Positions 25,635 through 34,741 are shown, counted from the first letter of the stretch. The stretch is DNA of 64,000 nt from Alphaproteobacteria bacterium (GCA_004297545.1 SCTB01000123.1:20630-84629), one strand, 5' to 3'. Numbers and translations are program-made. Notes: generated by a model from the sequence alone, not told the origin.

Positions 25635-26290
25635 CGCTTTCCCCGCTCGACCTGCTGCTGATGAATTACGCGACCGGAAGCCTCTCGCAGCAGGAATCGC
25701 TGCTCGTGGCCGCGCACCTGACGCTGAACCCCGAAGCCCGCCGCCGCGTTGCGCGCTATGAGGCCGAGGGCGGCAGGATGATGTGCGAAACCACGCCCTC
25801 CCCCGTGCGCGACGAATGCCTGAACGCGACGCTATCGCGCATCGGGAAAGCGCCTGTCAAACCGGCCCCCGCCGCCACCCCCTGCGCGCCCGACCTGCAT
25901 ATTCCGGCCGCGATCTACGCGCTGATCTCGGGCTTCTGCGTCTCCGACCCGCGCCAGTGGTCGCGCGTGACGCCCGGCTTCGCCAAGATGGAACTGCGCC
26001 TCTGCCCCGCGCCGACGCGCAAGCGCCTGCGCCTGATGAAGCTGGAGCCCCGCTCCGCCACGCCGCCGCATTCGCACCCGGGCCGCGAGACGACCGTGGT
26101 GCTGGAAGGCAGCTTCCGCGACCACACCGGGCAGTACAAAAAAGGCGACATCATCATCGTCGACGACCCCCGCTTCGTCCACCAGCCCCTGGCCGGCGAC
26201 AATGGCTGCGTCTGCCTGACCCTCACTGAAGCACCCTTACGCTTTCAGGACCCGTTCCAGCGGTTTATGAACGCGTTTTGGCGGGTTTGA
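25631..26290 (+). CDS. chrR: ChrR-type anti-sigma factor (N-terminal ZAS-like domain + C-terminal cupin)
   Basis: MTLSPLDLLLMNYATGSLSQQESLLVAAHLTLNPEARRRV... N-terminal anti-sigma domain. C-terminal cupin (PPHSHPGRETTVVLEGSF...GDIIIVDD). Confidence 0.75.
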   Translation: MTLSPLDLLLMNYATGSLSQQESLLVAAHLTLNPEARRRVARYEAEGGRMMCETTPSPVRDECLNATLSRIGKAPVKPAPAATPCAPDLHIPAAIYALISGFCVSDPRQWSRVTPGFAKMELRLCPAPTRKRLRLMKLEPRSATPPHSHPGRETTVVLEGSFRDHTGQYKKGDIIIVDDPRFVHQPLAGDNGCVCLTLTEAPLRFQDPFQRFMNAFWRV

Positions 26291-26296
26291 GTTTCT

Positions 26297-26680
26297 TCAC
26301 TTATTATATATTTTATACTCAGCACCCGCTGGCAGATTTCTTAAATACAGCTCCAAGTCATCCTCGACGAATTTTCGCGGCTGCTCTCCAGGCACATATT
26401 CTTCGATTAGGAGAATCTCGCCGTCAAGAATGTCTTCAATGAAAGATACAATCGCATCTGCCTCGTCGACCTCGGAGCCGTTCAGCAGATCGCCGTGCGT
26501 GTGCCAGCCAGCCTGAACCATCTCAAGAATGGTATCACTATTGTCGTTCTTTAATGCACCGATGGAAAGGCAGTCAAAGTTATTTGGCAAAGGAACGAGT
26601 AGCTTGCCACTCGAATCTACAAAATAGCCAATCCCTAAATTATCAAGTTTTAGCGCTATTTGTTTTACTATGGCGTCCAT
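26297..26680 (-). CDS. Hypothetical acidic protein (127 aa) in an AT-richer patch
   Basis: GGAGGG 8 nt upstream of ATG 26678-26680. MDAIVKQIALKLDNLGIGYF...AGWHTHGDLL...EILLIEEY. No recognised domain. Confidence 0.5.
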   Translation of the reverse strand: MDAIVKQIALKLDNLGIGYFVDSSGKLLVPLPNNFDCLSIGALKNDNSDTILEMVQAGWHTHGDLLNGSEVDEADAIVSFIEDILDGEILLIEEYVPGEQPRKFVEDDLELYLRNLPAGAEYKIYNK

Positions 26681-26723
26681 TTCATCGCCCTCCGCCCTTC
26701 CCCCCAAGAGAGGAAAAGAGCGC

Positions 26724-26978
26724 TTACCGCTCATGTATCCTCATCGGATTATGCGGGCAGCCTTTGCCGGTGGCGACGGCGCCGCACCAGATGCATTTGT
26801 CGGCGCCGGAGCCGTGGCGGTGGATGCTGCCGGGGCCGTCGGGGCAGCCGCGGCCATAGCCGGCCTCGCCGCAGAATTCGCATTTCTTGTCGTCGTCGCG
26901 GTGGATATGGATGCCGCCGGGCGCGTGTCTGCACCCTTTCCCGTAGGCTTCGGATTTGCAATAGCGGCACTGGCTCAT
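26724..26978 (-). CDS. Cys/His-rich miniprotein with three tandem C-x2-C...G-[KR]-G-C...IH-x-H repeats
   Basis: CRYCKSEAYGKGCRHAPGGIHIH / CEFCGEAGYGRGCPDGPGSIHRH / CIWCGAVATGKGCPHNPMRIHER. AGGGGG RBS. Confidence 0.6.
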   Translation of the reverse strand: MSQCRYCKSEAYGKGCRHAPGGIHIHRDDDKKCEFCGEAGYGRGCPDGPGSIHRHGSGADKCIWCGAVATGKGCPHNPMRIHER

Positions 26979-27082
26979 GGTGGTTACCCCCTGCTATCTT
27001 TGAATATTAGAGCATTTTTTCTTCAGGTGAAATGCGCGCCTTTCCCCTCTCCCTTAAGGGCATCTCTGAGAAAGGCAGGTGT

Positions 27083-27230
27083 CTCCTCTCCCCCGTTCGC
27101 GAAGCGAATGGAGGGAGAGGATTAAGGTGAGGGGGTGTTTCAGCAAAAACAGCCAGTTGTATTGTTGCACCGCCCCCTCACCCTGACCCTCTCCCTCCCG
27201 CTTCGCGGGGGGAGAGGGGATAAATGGCTT
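27083..27230. repeat. 'Empty' pair of G/C-rich hairpinned inverted-repeat arms (same superfamily as the cargo-carrying elements)
   Basis: The left arm ...ctctcccccgttcgcgaagcgaatggagggagaggattaaggtgagggggtg and the right arm caccgccccctcaccctgaccctctccctcccgcttcgcggggggagagg... are reverse complements separated by only 40 bp. Confidence 0.75.
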
Positions 27231-27328
27231 GACTTTCCAGAGCAGGCGAGTATTTTCACCTGTCTGAAAAGGCAACCCGCGCCCCAAGCCCCAGGCTGGC
27301 GTTATGACAATTAAAAGGCAGAATTACC

Positions 27329-27499
27329 ATGGCAAAAAAAGGCCCCCGCGCAAAAATCAAGCTGGTCAGCCCCGACGGCGACGACGTGTATTACAGCGAA
27401 AAGAACTCGCGCAACACGACCGAAAAGCTGAAGCTGAAGAAATACAACAAGAAGAAGAAAAAGCACGAGATTTACACCGAAGGCAAGATGTCCAAGTAA
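27329..27499 (+). CDS. rpmG: 50S ribosomal protein L33
   Basis: 56-aa ORF missed by the track: MAKKGPRAKIKLVSPDGDDVYYSEKNSRNTTEKLKLKKYNKKKKKHEIYTEGKMSK. Matches the L33 pattern (K(I/V)KL.S....(F/Y)Y...KN.R...EKL.L.KY.P....H..(F/Y).E.K). Confidence 0.85.
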   Translation: MAKKGPRAKIKLVSPDGDDVYYSEKNSRNTTEKLKLKKYNKKKKKHEIYTEGKMSK

Positions 27500-27523
27500 G
27501 CATCTGAACCTTTGCTGGAAATG

Positions 27524-27555
27524 AAAAAAAGCGGGCGTCCAGGCCCGCTTTTTTT
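27524..27555. terminator. Bidirectional rho-independent terminator
   Basis: aaaaaaa-gcgggc-gtccag-gcccgc-ttttttt lies between convergent rpmG and pleD. Confidence 0.75.
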
Positions 27556-27567
27556 GTTATTCGGGAG

Positions 27568-29040
27568 TTACACGATCTTCTTGATGGTTTCGGCGTCAGA
27601 CACGGGCGTCGCGCCCGCTACGGGAGCAGCGCCGGCTGCCGCTCCCTCTCCCGGCGTGACGAGGCCGTGGCCCGCGAAGTAGACGCGGTTGCGGCCGCCT
27701 TCCTTGGCGCGGTAAAGCTCGTCGTCGGAGCGGCGCAGGGCTTCTTCCACCTTCACGTCCTCGCCGTCGATAAGCGTCGCGCCGATGGAAACAGTGACGG
27801 GCATGGTGCCCATCGGCCCGCTCACCTTGAAAGGCTCCTTCGCGATGCCGACGCGCAGGCGTTCCGCCACCTGCATCGCCATGTCGAGGCTGATATCCGG
27901 AAGAATAACGACGAATTCCTCGCCGCCGAGGCGCGCGACAAGGTCGAAACTGCGCAGGCGCTGGCTGATGCGCTCGGCGAACGTCTTCAGCACTTCGTCG
28001 CCCACGGCATGGCCCGCGGAGTCGTTGATCTTCTTGAAATGGTCGATGTCGAGCATCAGCACGCAGAGCGCTTTCTTGCTCTCGGTGTTTTTCTTGATGA
28101 GCTTCTCGAGGTGCACCATCAGGTAGCGGCGGTTGAAAAGCCCGGTCAGGCTGTCGGTCAGCGCCAGCGACAAACTGGTTTCGTAGTTGGAGCGCAGTCG
28201 GTCCTGATATCTCTTGCGGCGGATCTGCGTGCGCACGCGCGCGAGCAGTTCGTTGCGGTCGACGGGGCGCAGGATATAGTCATGCGCGCCGATTTCGAGG
28301 CCCTGCGCGATGCGCTTCATGTCGGCTTCCTCACCGACCATCAAAAGCGGCACGGAGCGCGTGCGCTCATTCGAGCGCAGGTGCGAGCATAGCCGCAGAC
28401 CGTCTTCCGCGCCGAGGTTGAGGCTGACCGTGATCATGTCGAAATCATTCTGCTGCGCCAGCGCGATTGCCTGGTCGCCGGTGCGCACGGGCATCACGAC
28501 ATCCTCGTCGCGGCGCAGGGTTTCGACGAATTTTTCGGATTCAAAAGCCTTGTCCTCGATAACGAGGACTTTCGCCTTTTCCGACGGCTCTGTCAGGAAT
28601 GTGCCCTTGTTGCCGACGAAACCGAACTGGTTGGCGGTATTCTCGCGGATGCGCCATTCGTCGACCGTCATTTTGAGGCGCACAAGAGAGCGCACGCGCG
28701 CCATCAGCGCGACATCGTTGACGGGCTTGGACAGGAAATCGTCGGCGCCGGACTCGAGTCCGCGCACGCGATCTGTCGCGTCGGTGAGCGCCGTCACCAT
28801 CACAACCGGGATATGCGCGGTCGCGGGGTTGTTCTTGAGGCGCGTGCAGGTCTCGAAGCCGTCCATGCCGGGCATCATGACGTCGAGCAGGATGATGTCG
28901 GGGCTTAAAGTTTCAGCTTTTTGAATGCCTTCCGCGCCGGACGTGGCGGTGAGCACGTCAAAATACTCGCCGCTCAGCTTGGCTTCGAGAAGCTTCACGT
29001 TCGGGAGAATATCGTCGACGACAAGGACGCGTGCAGTCAT
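27568..29040 (-). CDS. pleD: PleD-type response regulator diguanylate cyclase (REC-REC-GGDEF)
   Basis: Two receiver domains (VLVVDD...DVMMPGMDG; VLVIEDK...). GGDEF domain with RLGGEEF active site and an RxxD I-site region. Downstream of divK. Confidence 0.85.
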   Translation of the reverse strand: MTARVLVVDDILPNVKLLEAKLSGEYFDVLTATSGAEGIQKAETLSPDIILLDVMMPGMDGFETCTRLKNNPATAHIPVVMVTALTDATDRVRGLESGADDFLSKPVNDVALMARVRSLVRLKMTVDEWRIRENTANQFGFVGNKGTFLTEPSEKAKVLVIEDKAFESEKFVETLRRDEDVVMPVRTGDQAIALAQQNDFDMITVSLNLGAEDGLRLCSHLRSNERTRSVPLLMVGEEADMKRIAQGLEIGAHDYILRPVDRNELLARVRTQIRRKRYQDRLRSNYETSLSLALTDSLTGLFNRRYLMVHLEKLIKKNTESKKALCVLMLDIDHFKKINDSAGHAVGDEVLKTFAERISQRLRSFDLVARLGGEEFVVILPDISLDMAMQVAERLRVGIAKEPFKVSGPMGTMPVTVSIGATLIDGEDVKVEEALRRSDDELYRAKEGGRNRVYFAGHGLVTPGEGAAAGAAPVAGATPVSDAETIKKIV

Positions 29041-29159
29041 GGCTTTTTACTTACAGACCCTCATTCGGAGGAAGGGACCCCTCCTTATAACCCTAAGGCC
29101 AAATGTTAAAGGAAGATTTAACCGCGTTAAAGCTTATTTTATAAGGCGTTAGCGGAAAG

Positions 29160-29528
29160 TTATTTTTCGAGGTGTTTCTGGATCACTTTCATGAAATCAA
29201 TGATCGAGATCGGCTTGGAAACATAATCCTCGCAGCCGCCCTGCCTGATCTTTTCCTCGTCGCCTTTCATCGCGAAAGCCGTCACCGCCACCACGGGAAT
29301 GTGCTTAAGATCGTTGTCCTTTTTAAGCCACTGCGTGACTTCGAGGCCCGAGACTTCGGGCAGCTGGATATCCATGACGATCAGGTCGGGCTTTTCCGAA
29401 CGCGCGAGGTCGAGGACTTTCATCCCGTCCCGCGTCTTGATCGTGTCATAGCCATGGGCACCGAGAAGATCGTCGAACAATTTCATATTCAGTTCGTTGT
29501 CTTCGACGATCAGAACTTTCTTTTTCAT
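29160..29528 (-). CDS. divK: Single-domain response regulator DivK
   Basis: [22 protein letters not shown]...[17 protein letters not shown]...[14 protein letters not shown]...YVSKPI. Classic divK-pleD order. Confidence 0.8.
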   Translation of the reverse strand: MKKKVLIVEDNELNMKLFDDLLGAHGYDTIKTRDGMKVLDLARSEKPDLIVMDIQLPEVSGLEVTQWLKKDNDLKHIPVVAVTAFAMKGDEEKIRQGGCEDYVSKPISIIDFMKVIQKHLEK

Positions 29529-29596
29529 ATAAAAAATTTCCCCGGGGAGTGTTATGGGCCTGACACTAGCAAATAAATCAGGACGGGTCTAATCCT

Positions 29597-30493
29597 TCAC
29601 GAGCATTTCTTCTGCGGCAGCTTTTCGATCGCAAGCAGCTTCTGCTCGACGCGGAAGCTGCGGTAATCCACGAGGGACCAGCTCACGACGCCGTTGTCGT
29701 GCAGGATCATGTCCATTTCGTACGACGCCGACATGTCGTCGCGCTCTTTTAAGGGGAACACGGCCATGCGCACATGCCAGGCTTCGGGGGCGAGCAGGCT
29801 CGCGTCGATTTTCGGGTTGCCGGCCGCAATCGCCTTGATTTCTTCAGGGGTGACTTTCTTGCCGATATAAGTGTTCACCTCGACCGGCCCCTCCGAGTCC
29901 GTGCCGTCGAACATGACGACGTTGAAAAAGCTTTCGCCGCGGCGGGCGCGGCGGATGACTTCGTTGGTCTGCTGCGTGGGCAGCATGTAACCCTTGGGCA
30001 GTGCATAGGAAAGATTGCCGGGGCGCGCGTAATCGGCCTTGGCCGTGCCGTCGGCCGCTTTCGCGATGGAGCCGCGCAGCTGCTCGGTCGTGGCGCCATC
30101 TTCCTCCCGCTCGGAGGAGAAAAAGAACTGGCTTAAGTCCTTCGACTCGAAGGCGACGTAATGGCTGGTATTCTGCACCGGGCGGCGCTCGGAATACTGG
30201 TACTTGACCCGGAAGCGGTGCTCGGTCGTCCAGGCGTCGCAGTCGTCGTCCTGCTCGTAATACATGCGGCCGGAAATATCCGTGATGCCCGCCCCCGACT
30301 GGACCGAAACCATCTTGAAATCGTACAGCGCCCGGTGCAGCGCCACCGTCACATCGTCGGGCGTCGCCGCGACAGCAGGTTTGGACGATGTCAGGCGCTT
30401 GGCCGCCGCCGCCGGCGGCAGGGCAAGCAGGCTTGCCGCCACCATAAAAAGAGCTGCGAACCGGATAAACCGTGGCTGTCTGACGATGCTCAA
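29597..30493 (-). CDS. DUF1849 family periplasmic protein (EipB-like)
   Basis: Signal peptide, then ...ALYDFKMVSVQSGAGITDISGRMYYE...CDAWTTEHRF... and C-terminal ...WSLVDYRSFRVEQKLL....C, as in cell-envelope-integrity EipB proteins. Confidence 0.55.
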   Translation of the reverse strand: MSIVRQPRFIRFAALFMVAASLLALPPAAAAKRLTSSKPAVAATPDDVTVALHRALYDFKMVSVQSGAGITDISGRMYYEQDDDCDAWTTEHRFRVKYQYSERRPVQNTSHYVAFESKDLSQFFFSSEREEDGATTEQLRGSIAKAADGTAKADYARPGNLSYALPKGYMLPTQQTNEVIRRARRGESFFNVVMFDGTDSEGPVEVNTYIGKKVTPEEIKAIAAGNPKIDASLLAPEAWHVRMAVFPLKERDDMSASYEMDMILHDNGVVSWSLVDYRSFRVEQKLLAIEKLPQKKCS

Positions 30494-30629
30494 AGCAGGC
30501 CTTCCCCTTAAAGACTAATCACTCTAGCTCATATTGAAGCAAAAACAATGACTTATTACGTAAACAAGACTTTTTTGGATGTTTTCTCCGCGCTGTGATA
30601 TACGTTATGGATATATTTATAGAGTGCCC

Positions 30630-31328
30630 ATGACGAAAAACCAGCCGCACCACCCGCATGAGACCGCAAGCAAGGAGCGCGCCGCCTCTCCCGCCGGCGC
30701 GCCTTCCGCGCCCGATGATAACCTTTTGACCGCCTGGCGCACCCAGAGCACGACCGTTGCGCTGCTGAAAGACGCCTATGACCAGATCGAGGCGGCCGAG
30801 CGACGCATCGCCGAATACGAAAGCCGCATCCGGCAGCTCGAAGACCTCGCCTCCACCGACCCGATGACGGGCCTGATGAACCGCCGCGGCTTCGAGAAAT
30901 TCGTCGAGCATGAAATGGCGCGCATCCGCCGCCTGCATTCGCCGGGGGCCTTGTTCGTCCTTATCGACCTCGACAAGTTCAAGCCCCTCAACGACCTTTA
31001 CGGACATCAGGCGGGCGACGCCTGCCTGCGCCTGGTGGCCGACCAGCTGATAAAATCCATCCGCGTCGTCGATGGCGCGGCGCGTTTCGGCGGGGACGAA
31101 TTCGCCCTGCTTCTCACGCAGACCGACCCGGAAAAGGCCCAAGTGCGCGTGAACCAGGTGCGGGATACGCTGAACAATCTGACGCTGATCTGGGAAGGCG
31201 ACGAACTGCATTTCGGCGCCAGCATCGGCTGCGAGGCCGTGGGCGCCGACAGCACCTATGCGAAAACCTATCAGGCCGCCGACCGCGCGCTCTATGCCGA
31301 CAAGAAAGCCCGCCGCGCCAAGCGGTGA
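30630..31328 (+). CDS. GGDEF-domain diguanylate cyclase with N-terminal coiled coil
   Basis: DPMTGLMNRRGFE...LIDLDKFKPLNDLYGHQAGDACL...ARFGGDEFALLL. Start set to MTKNQPHH (ATG 30630). Confidence 0.8.
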   Translation: MTKNQPHHPHETASKERAASPAGAPSAPDDNLLTAWRTQSTTVALLKDAYDQIEAAERRIAEYESRIRQLEDLASTDPMTGLMNRRGFEKFVEHEMARIRRLHSPGALFVLIDLDKFKPLNDLYGHQAGDACLRLVADQLIKSIRVVDGAARFGGDEFALLLTQTDPEKAQVRVNQVRDTLNNLTLIWEGDELHFGASIGCEAVGADSTYAKTYQAADRALYADKKARRAKR

Positions 31329-31353
31329 CGGATGACAATTATAAAAGCGTCCA

Positions 31354-32442
31354 TTACTTCGGCTGCGGCGGTTTCGCGGCGGCCGCCGGCTTGATGCGGT
31401 GCGCGAGATTGTATTCGGCGACTGCTTCCTTCACACGCTTCAGCGTATCCGCGAAATCGCCCTTATGCAGGATGCCGATGCCTCCGGCCTTCACCCAAGC
31501 GTCGATATTCGCCTGACGATCGTCGATCAGCACCTTGTCGGGGCGCGCCAGCAGCATCTTGTCCTTCGAACGGCAGACGATGATATCCAGCAGCGCGAAC
31601 TTGTTGCGGCCGAAGTTCTTGGTCCATTCCGCCGGGCCCTCGAAGCCGTCGGGATGCGGCACGGGGCCGGTCAGGAACCGCACCGCGCCTTCCTGCTTCA
31701 CCGCATCATAGAATTCCTTTGCGCCTTTATAGGCCGGGATGCCCTTCCACCATTTGACGTCAAGCTCGTCCCATTTCTCCTTACCCTGCGCGTCCAGTTT
31801 TCCTTCCGCCTCGAGATGGCCCTGGAAGTCCGCCAGCACGCCGTTGGTGCCGATGAATATCTCCACTGCGCCGGTCGGCTTCGCGACGAACGGCTTGGGC
31901 GGGTTGCGGCGGTATTCGTCCTGCGCCTCGCGGATGCGCTTCAGCGTATCGGCGTAATCGCCCGAGTGAAGAATGCCGATGCCGCCGGCCGCGACCCACT
32001 GGTCGATGTTCTTCTGGCGATCATCGACGAGAATGTGGTTGGGACGCGCCAGCAGGTTCTTGGCTTCGGCGCGCGCGAGGAGAAGATCAAGCAGCCCGAA
32101 GGTGCTGCCGCGGAAATTCTTGATCCATTCCGCCTTGCCGCGGAAACAGCCGACGTTGAGGATCGGCGCGCTCAGCTTGCGCGTGCGGCCGAGCTTGCGG
32201 AGCTTGGCGTCGAATTCCTTGGCCCCCGCGTAGGCCGGCATCGTGCTCCACCAGGCGTAGTCAAGCTCTTCCCACTTCGGCTGGCCTTTTTCGTTGAGCT
32301 TGTCATGGGCTTTCGCATGAGCGTCAAAGTCGGTCAGGACGCCGTCCATGTCGCAGTATATCTCGAACTCGGTATCGTCTTTCGGCGCTTTGCTTTTCTT
32401 TTTTGTCTTGTCCTTGAACTGCTTTTTCGGGCTTTTCGACAT
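31354..32442 (-). CDS. Tandem-duplicated 5'(3')-deoxyribonucleotidase-like HAD protein (first copy intact, second copy with degenerate motif I)
   Basis: Copy 1: EIYCDMDGVLTDFDAH. Copy 2: EIFIGTNGVLADFQGH. Both end ...DDRQ.NID.WV.AGGIGILH.GD(Y/F)ADTLKR(I/V).EA. GAGG RBS before ATG 32440-32442. C-terminus ...KPPQPK. Confidence 0.6.
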   Translation of the reverse strand: MSKSPKKQFKDKTKKKSKAPKDDTEFEIYCDMDGVLTDFDAHAKAHDKLNEKGQPKWEELDYAWWSTMPAYAGAKEFDAKLRKLGRTRKLSAPILNVGCFRGKAEWIKNFRGSTFGLLDLLLARAEAKNLLARPNHILVDDRQKNIDQWVAAGGIGILHSGDYADTLKRIREAQDEYRRNPPKPFVAKPTGAVEIFIGTNGVLADFQGHLEAEGKLDAQGKEKWDELDVKWWKGIPAYKGAKEFYDAVKQEGAVRFLTGPVPHPDGFEGPAEWTKNFGRNKFALLDIIVCRSKDKMLLARPDKVLIDDRQANIDAWVKAGGIGILHKGDFADTLKRVKEAVAEYNLAHRIKPAAAAKPPQPK

Positions 32443-32460
32443 GGGATACCTCAAATTTCC

Positions 32461-33366
32461 TTATGGCTGCGCTGCGGGCTGCGGCGACGGCTTCTTTTCC
32501 GCCAGCTTGGCCGCCGCCTGATCGAGGACAAGCTTGTCCGCCGTCTCGTTAAAGACGCTGTGCGTCAGGGAATCCAGCCCTGTCGTATAGTTATGCGCGA
32601 TGAGCGTACGCTGCTTGGTCTCAAAATTGAAAATCTCGGTAAGCCTGTAGCCAAGCGCGCGGCGGATGCTGACATGCGCGACTTCCTGCTCGGCCGTTTT
32701 GACCCATTCGGGCGAGAGCGTATCGATATGCGCCTGAATCTGGCTATAGGCCTCTCTGCGGTCATGGACGCGGGCAATGTCGAGAACCGTGCGGCCTTCC
32801 TCGTCGAAGCGGTCGGTGCGCGCGCCTTCGCTCAGGAGCTTGCCGATGGTCCGCGTGTCTCCATTGCGCGCGGCATAGAACAGGGGCGTCCAGCCCTTGT
32901 TCCCCGGCGCATCGGGCTCCGCCCCGCGCTCCAGCAGCTCCCAGGCCAGCTGGGTATTGCCTGCCGCAGCGGCAAGGATAAGGGCGGAAGTGCCGTCCGT
33001 CGTCACCGTATTGACGTCCGCTTTCGCCTCAAGCAGCGCCGTGGCGATCTTGTTATCGCCGCTGCGCACGGCAGACAGGAAAGGCGTATTGTTGCGATAG
33101 CCAAGGGCTTTGTTGGGATCGGCGCCACGCTCGAGCAGCAGCTTCACAAGATCCAGGTTTTTCGCCTCGATGGCGATGGAAAACGCGTTCTCGTCCTTCC
33201 AGTTGGCGGCGGTATTGGGATTGCCGCCCTTGTCGAGCGCCTTGGTGACCTTTTCCAGGTCGCCGGTGCGCACGGCTTCCACAAGCTTTGCGTCAAGCGC
33301 CTGCTGGTTCGTGAAAAATTTGCGGATTGCTTTTCTGACGTTTGACCAGTCCATGATTCCATCCAA
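32461..33366 (-). CDS. Ankyrin-repeat protein
   Basis: At least 5 ANK repeats (NAFSIAIEAKNLDLVKLLLERGADPN; TPFLSAVRSGDNKIATALLEAKADVN; TSALILAAAAGNTQLAWELLERGAEPD; WTPLFYAARNGDTRTIGKLLSEGA...), a non-ANK C-terminal domain, and a ...KKPSPQPAAQP tail. Confidence 0.8.
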   Translation of the reverse strand: MDGIMDWSNVRKAIRKFFTNQQALDAKLVEAVRTGDLEKVTKALDKGGNPNTAANWKDENAFSIAIEAKNLDLVKLLLERGADPNKALGYRNNTPFLSAVRSGDNKIATALLEAKADVNTVTTDGTSALILAAAAGNTQLAWELLERGAEPDAPGNKGWTPLFYAARNGDTRTIGKLLSEGARTDRFDEEGRTVLDIARVHDRREAYSQIQAHIDTLSPEWVKTAEQEVAHVSIRRALGYRLTEIFNFETKQRTLIAHNYTTGLDSLTHSVFNETADKLVLDQAAAKLAEKKPSPQPAAQP

Positions 33367-33460
33367 AAACTATGCGGGGGCCACTTGCGATAATGCGGCC
33401 CATTCTATGGATTCTTTGGGATTATGTCAATTTAAATAGGACATAAAATAACTTTTTATA

Positions 33461-34741
33461 TCAAACGCTTATGTAGTCTCGCGCCCGCCACCACAGGTAA
33501 ACGAGCTGCGCCACGTAGCGGCCCATCTTGCCACCGGCATACCCGATGCCAAAGGGTTCGAAAGCCTTATAACCGTCATCTCCCTGCGCAATCGCGGCGG
33601 CGATAAGTTCGCCGCCCACTGTTGTCGGCGCAAGGCCGTGGCCGCCGAAGCCGGTATTGTACCAGTAGCCGGGCTCAATCTGGCCGAGCTGCGGCATTTT
33701 GTGCGGCGCATAGCAAAGCAGCCCCGACCACTGGTATTCGGGCTGCACATGGCCGGCAAGCTGCGGATAAACTTTCAGCATATCCTGCATCATCATGCCG
33801 GAAATATCGGAAGGATTCGCCCAGAGCGCCACGCGACCGCCCCACAGCACGCGGTTGCCTTCGAGGCGCCGGTAATAATCGCTGCAGAAGCGCATGTCCG
33901 AAATGGCATGGCGCGTGTTGATGGATTTTTCCAGCAGCGCCCCGTCCATGGGTTTCGTGACCATGATATAGGTCTGCACCGGGAACGACGCATTGGCGAG
34001 TTTTTTGTCGAGCCCGTCAAGGTAAATGGAGCAGCACAGAACGACATGCTGCGCCTTCACGCTGCCCTTTTCCGTCTTCACCAGCCAGCCGCCGCCGTCT
34101 TTCGTGACGCTCAGGGCCGGCGAATTCTCGAACAGCCGCCCGCCCTTATCCGCGATGACGCGCGCGATGCCGTGCACATAGCGCAGGGGATGAAACTGGT
34201 AATCCTGCGGCGAATACAACCCATCGAAATATTTTTCGGTCCTGCAGTGCTCCCGCACCTTCTCGCGCGGCCAGAACTCGAAGCCGGTGTTGAAGTTGTC
34301 GTTCGTCTCCGCGATGTAATCCTTCAGCTCCTGCGGATTGTCCTTCCACGACACGGTCAGCACGCCTTCGATAAGGGGGCCGCAATTGATGTTGAAGCCG
34401 TTGATGCGCTGGCGGATAAGCTTGCGGGCGTTCTGCGTCAGCGTGACAAGCCTTCTAGCCTTCTCCAGCCCGAGCTTTTTCAACAGCGCGGCTTCGTCCG
34501 CCGCATAGCCCTTGGCGACGAAACCCGCGTTGCGGCCCGAACCGCCCCAGCCGATGCGTTTGGCCTCGACCAGCGCGACCGACTTGCCGCGCTCGATCAG
34601 GCCGAGCGCCGTGTTCAGCCCCGCAAGCCCGCCGCCCACGACGCAGACGTCGGTGTAGATCGTTTCCCCAAGCTCGGGATAGATTTTATCCTTCTCGAGC
34701 GTGTCCGCGTAATAGTTGTCGATATAGCCAAGCGCCGTCAT
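33461..34741 (-). CDS. FAD-dependent oxidoreductase (DAO family, PuuB/OrdL-like)
   Basis: DVCVVGGGLAGLNTALGLIERGKSVALVEAKRIGWGGSGRNAGF dinucleotide-binding motif. Paralog of 62221..63540. Confidence 0.8.
   Translation of the reverse strand: MTALGYIDNYYADTLEKDKIYPELGETIYTDVCVVGGGLAGLNTALGLIERGKSVALVEAKRIGWGGSGRNAGFVAKGYAADEAALLKKLGLEKARRLVTLTQNARKLIRQRINGFNINCGPLIEGVLTVSWKDNPQELKDYIAETNDNFNTGFEFWPREKVREHCRTEKYFDGLYSPQDYQFHPLRYVHGIARVIADKGGRLFENSPALSVTKDGGGWLVKTEKGSVKAQHVVLCCSIYLDGLDKKLANASFPVQTYIMVTKPMDGALLEKSINTRHAISDMRFCSDYYRRLEGNRVLWGGRVALWANPSDISGMMMQDMLKVYPQLAGHVQPEYQWSGLLCYAPHKMPQLGQIEPGYWYNTGFGGHGLAPTTVGGELIAAAIAQGDDGYKAFEPFGIGYAGGKMGRYVAQLVYLWWRARDYISV

Noticed and set aside
31399-33345. 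648-aa + strand ORF
   Set aside because: It runs antisense across two different, well-supported minus-strand genes (double HAD and ankyrin) and mirrors their internal duplication. Typical antisense open frame in GC-rich DNA.
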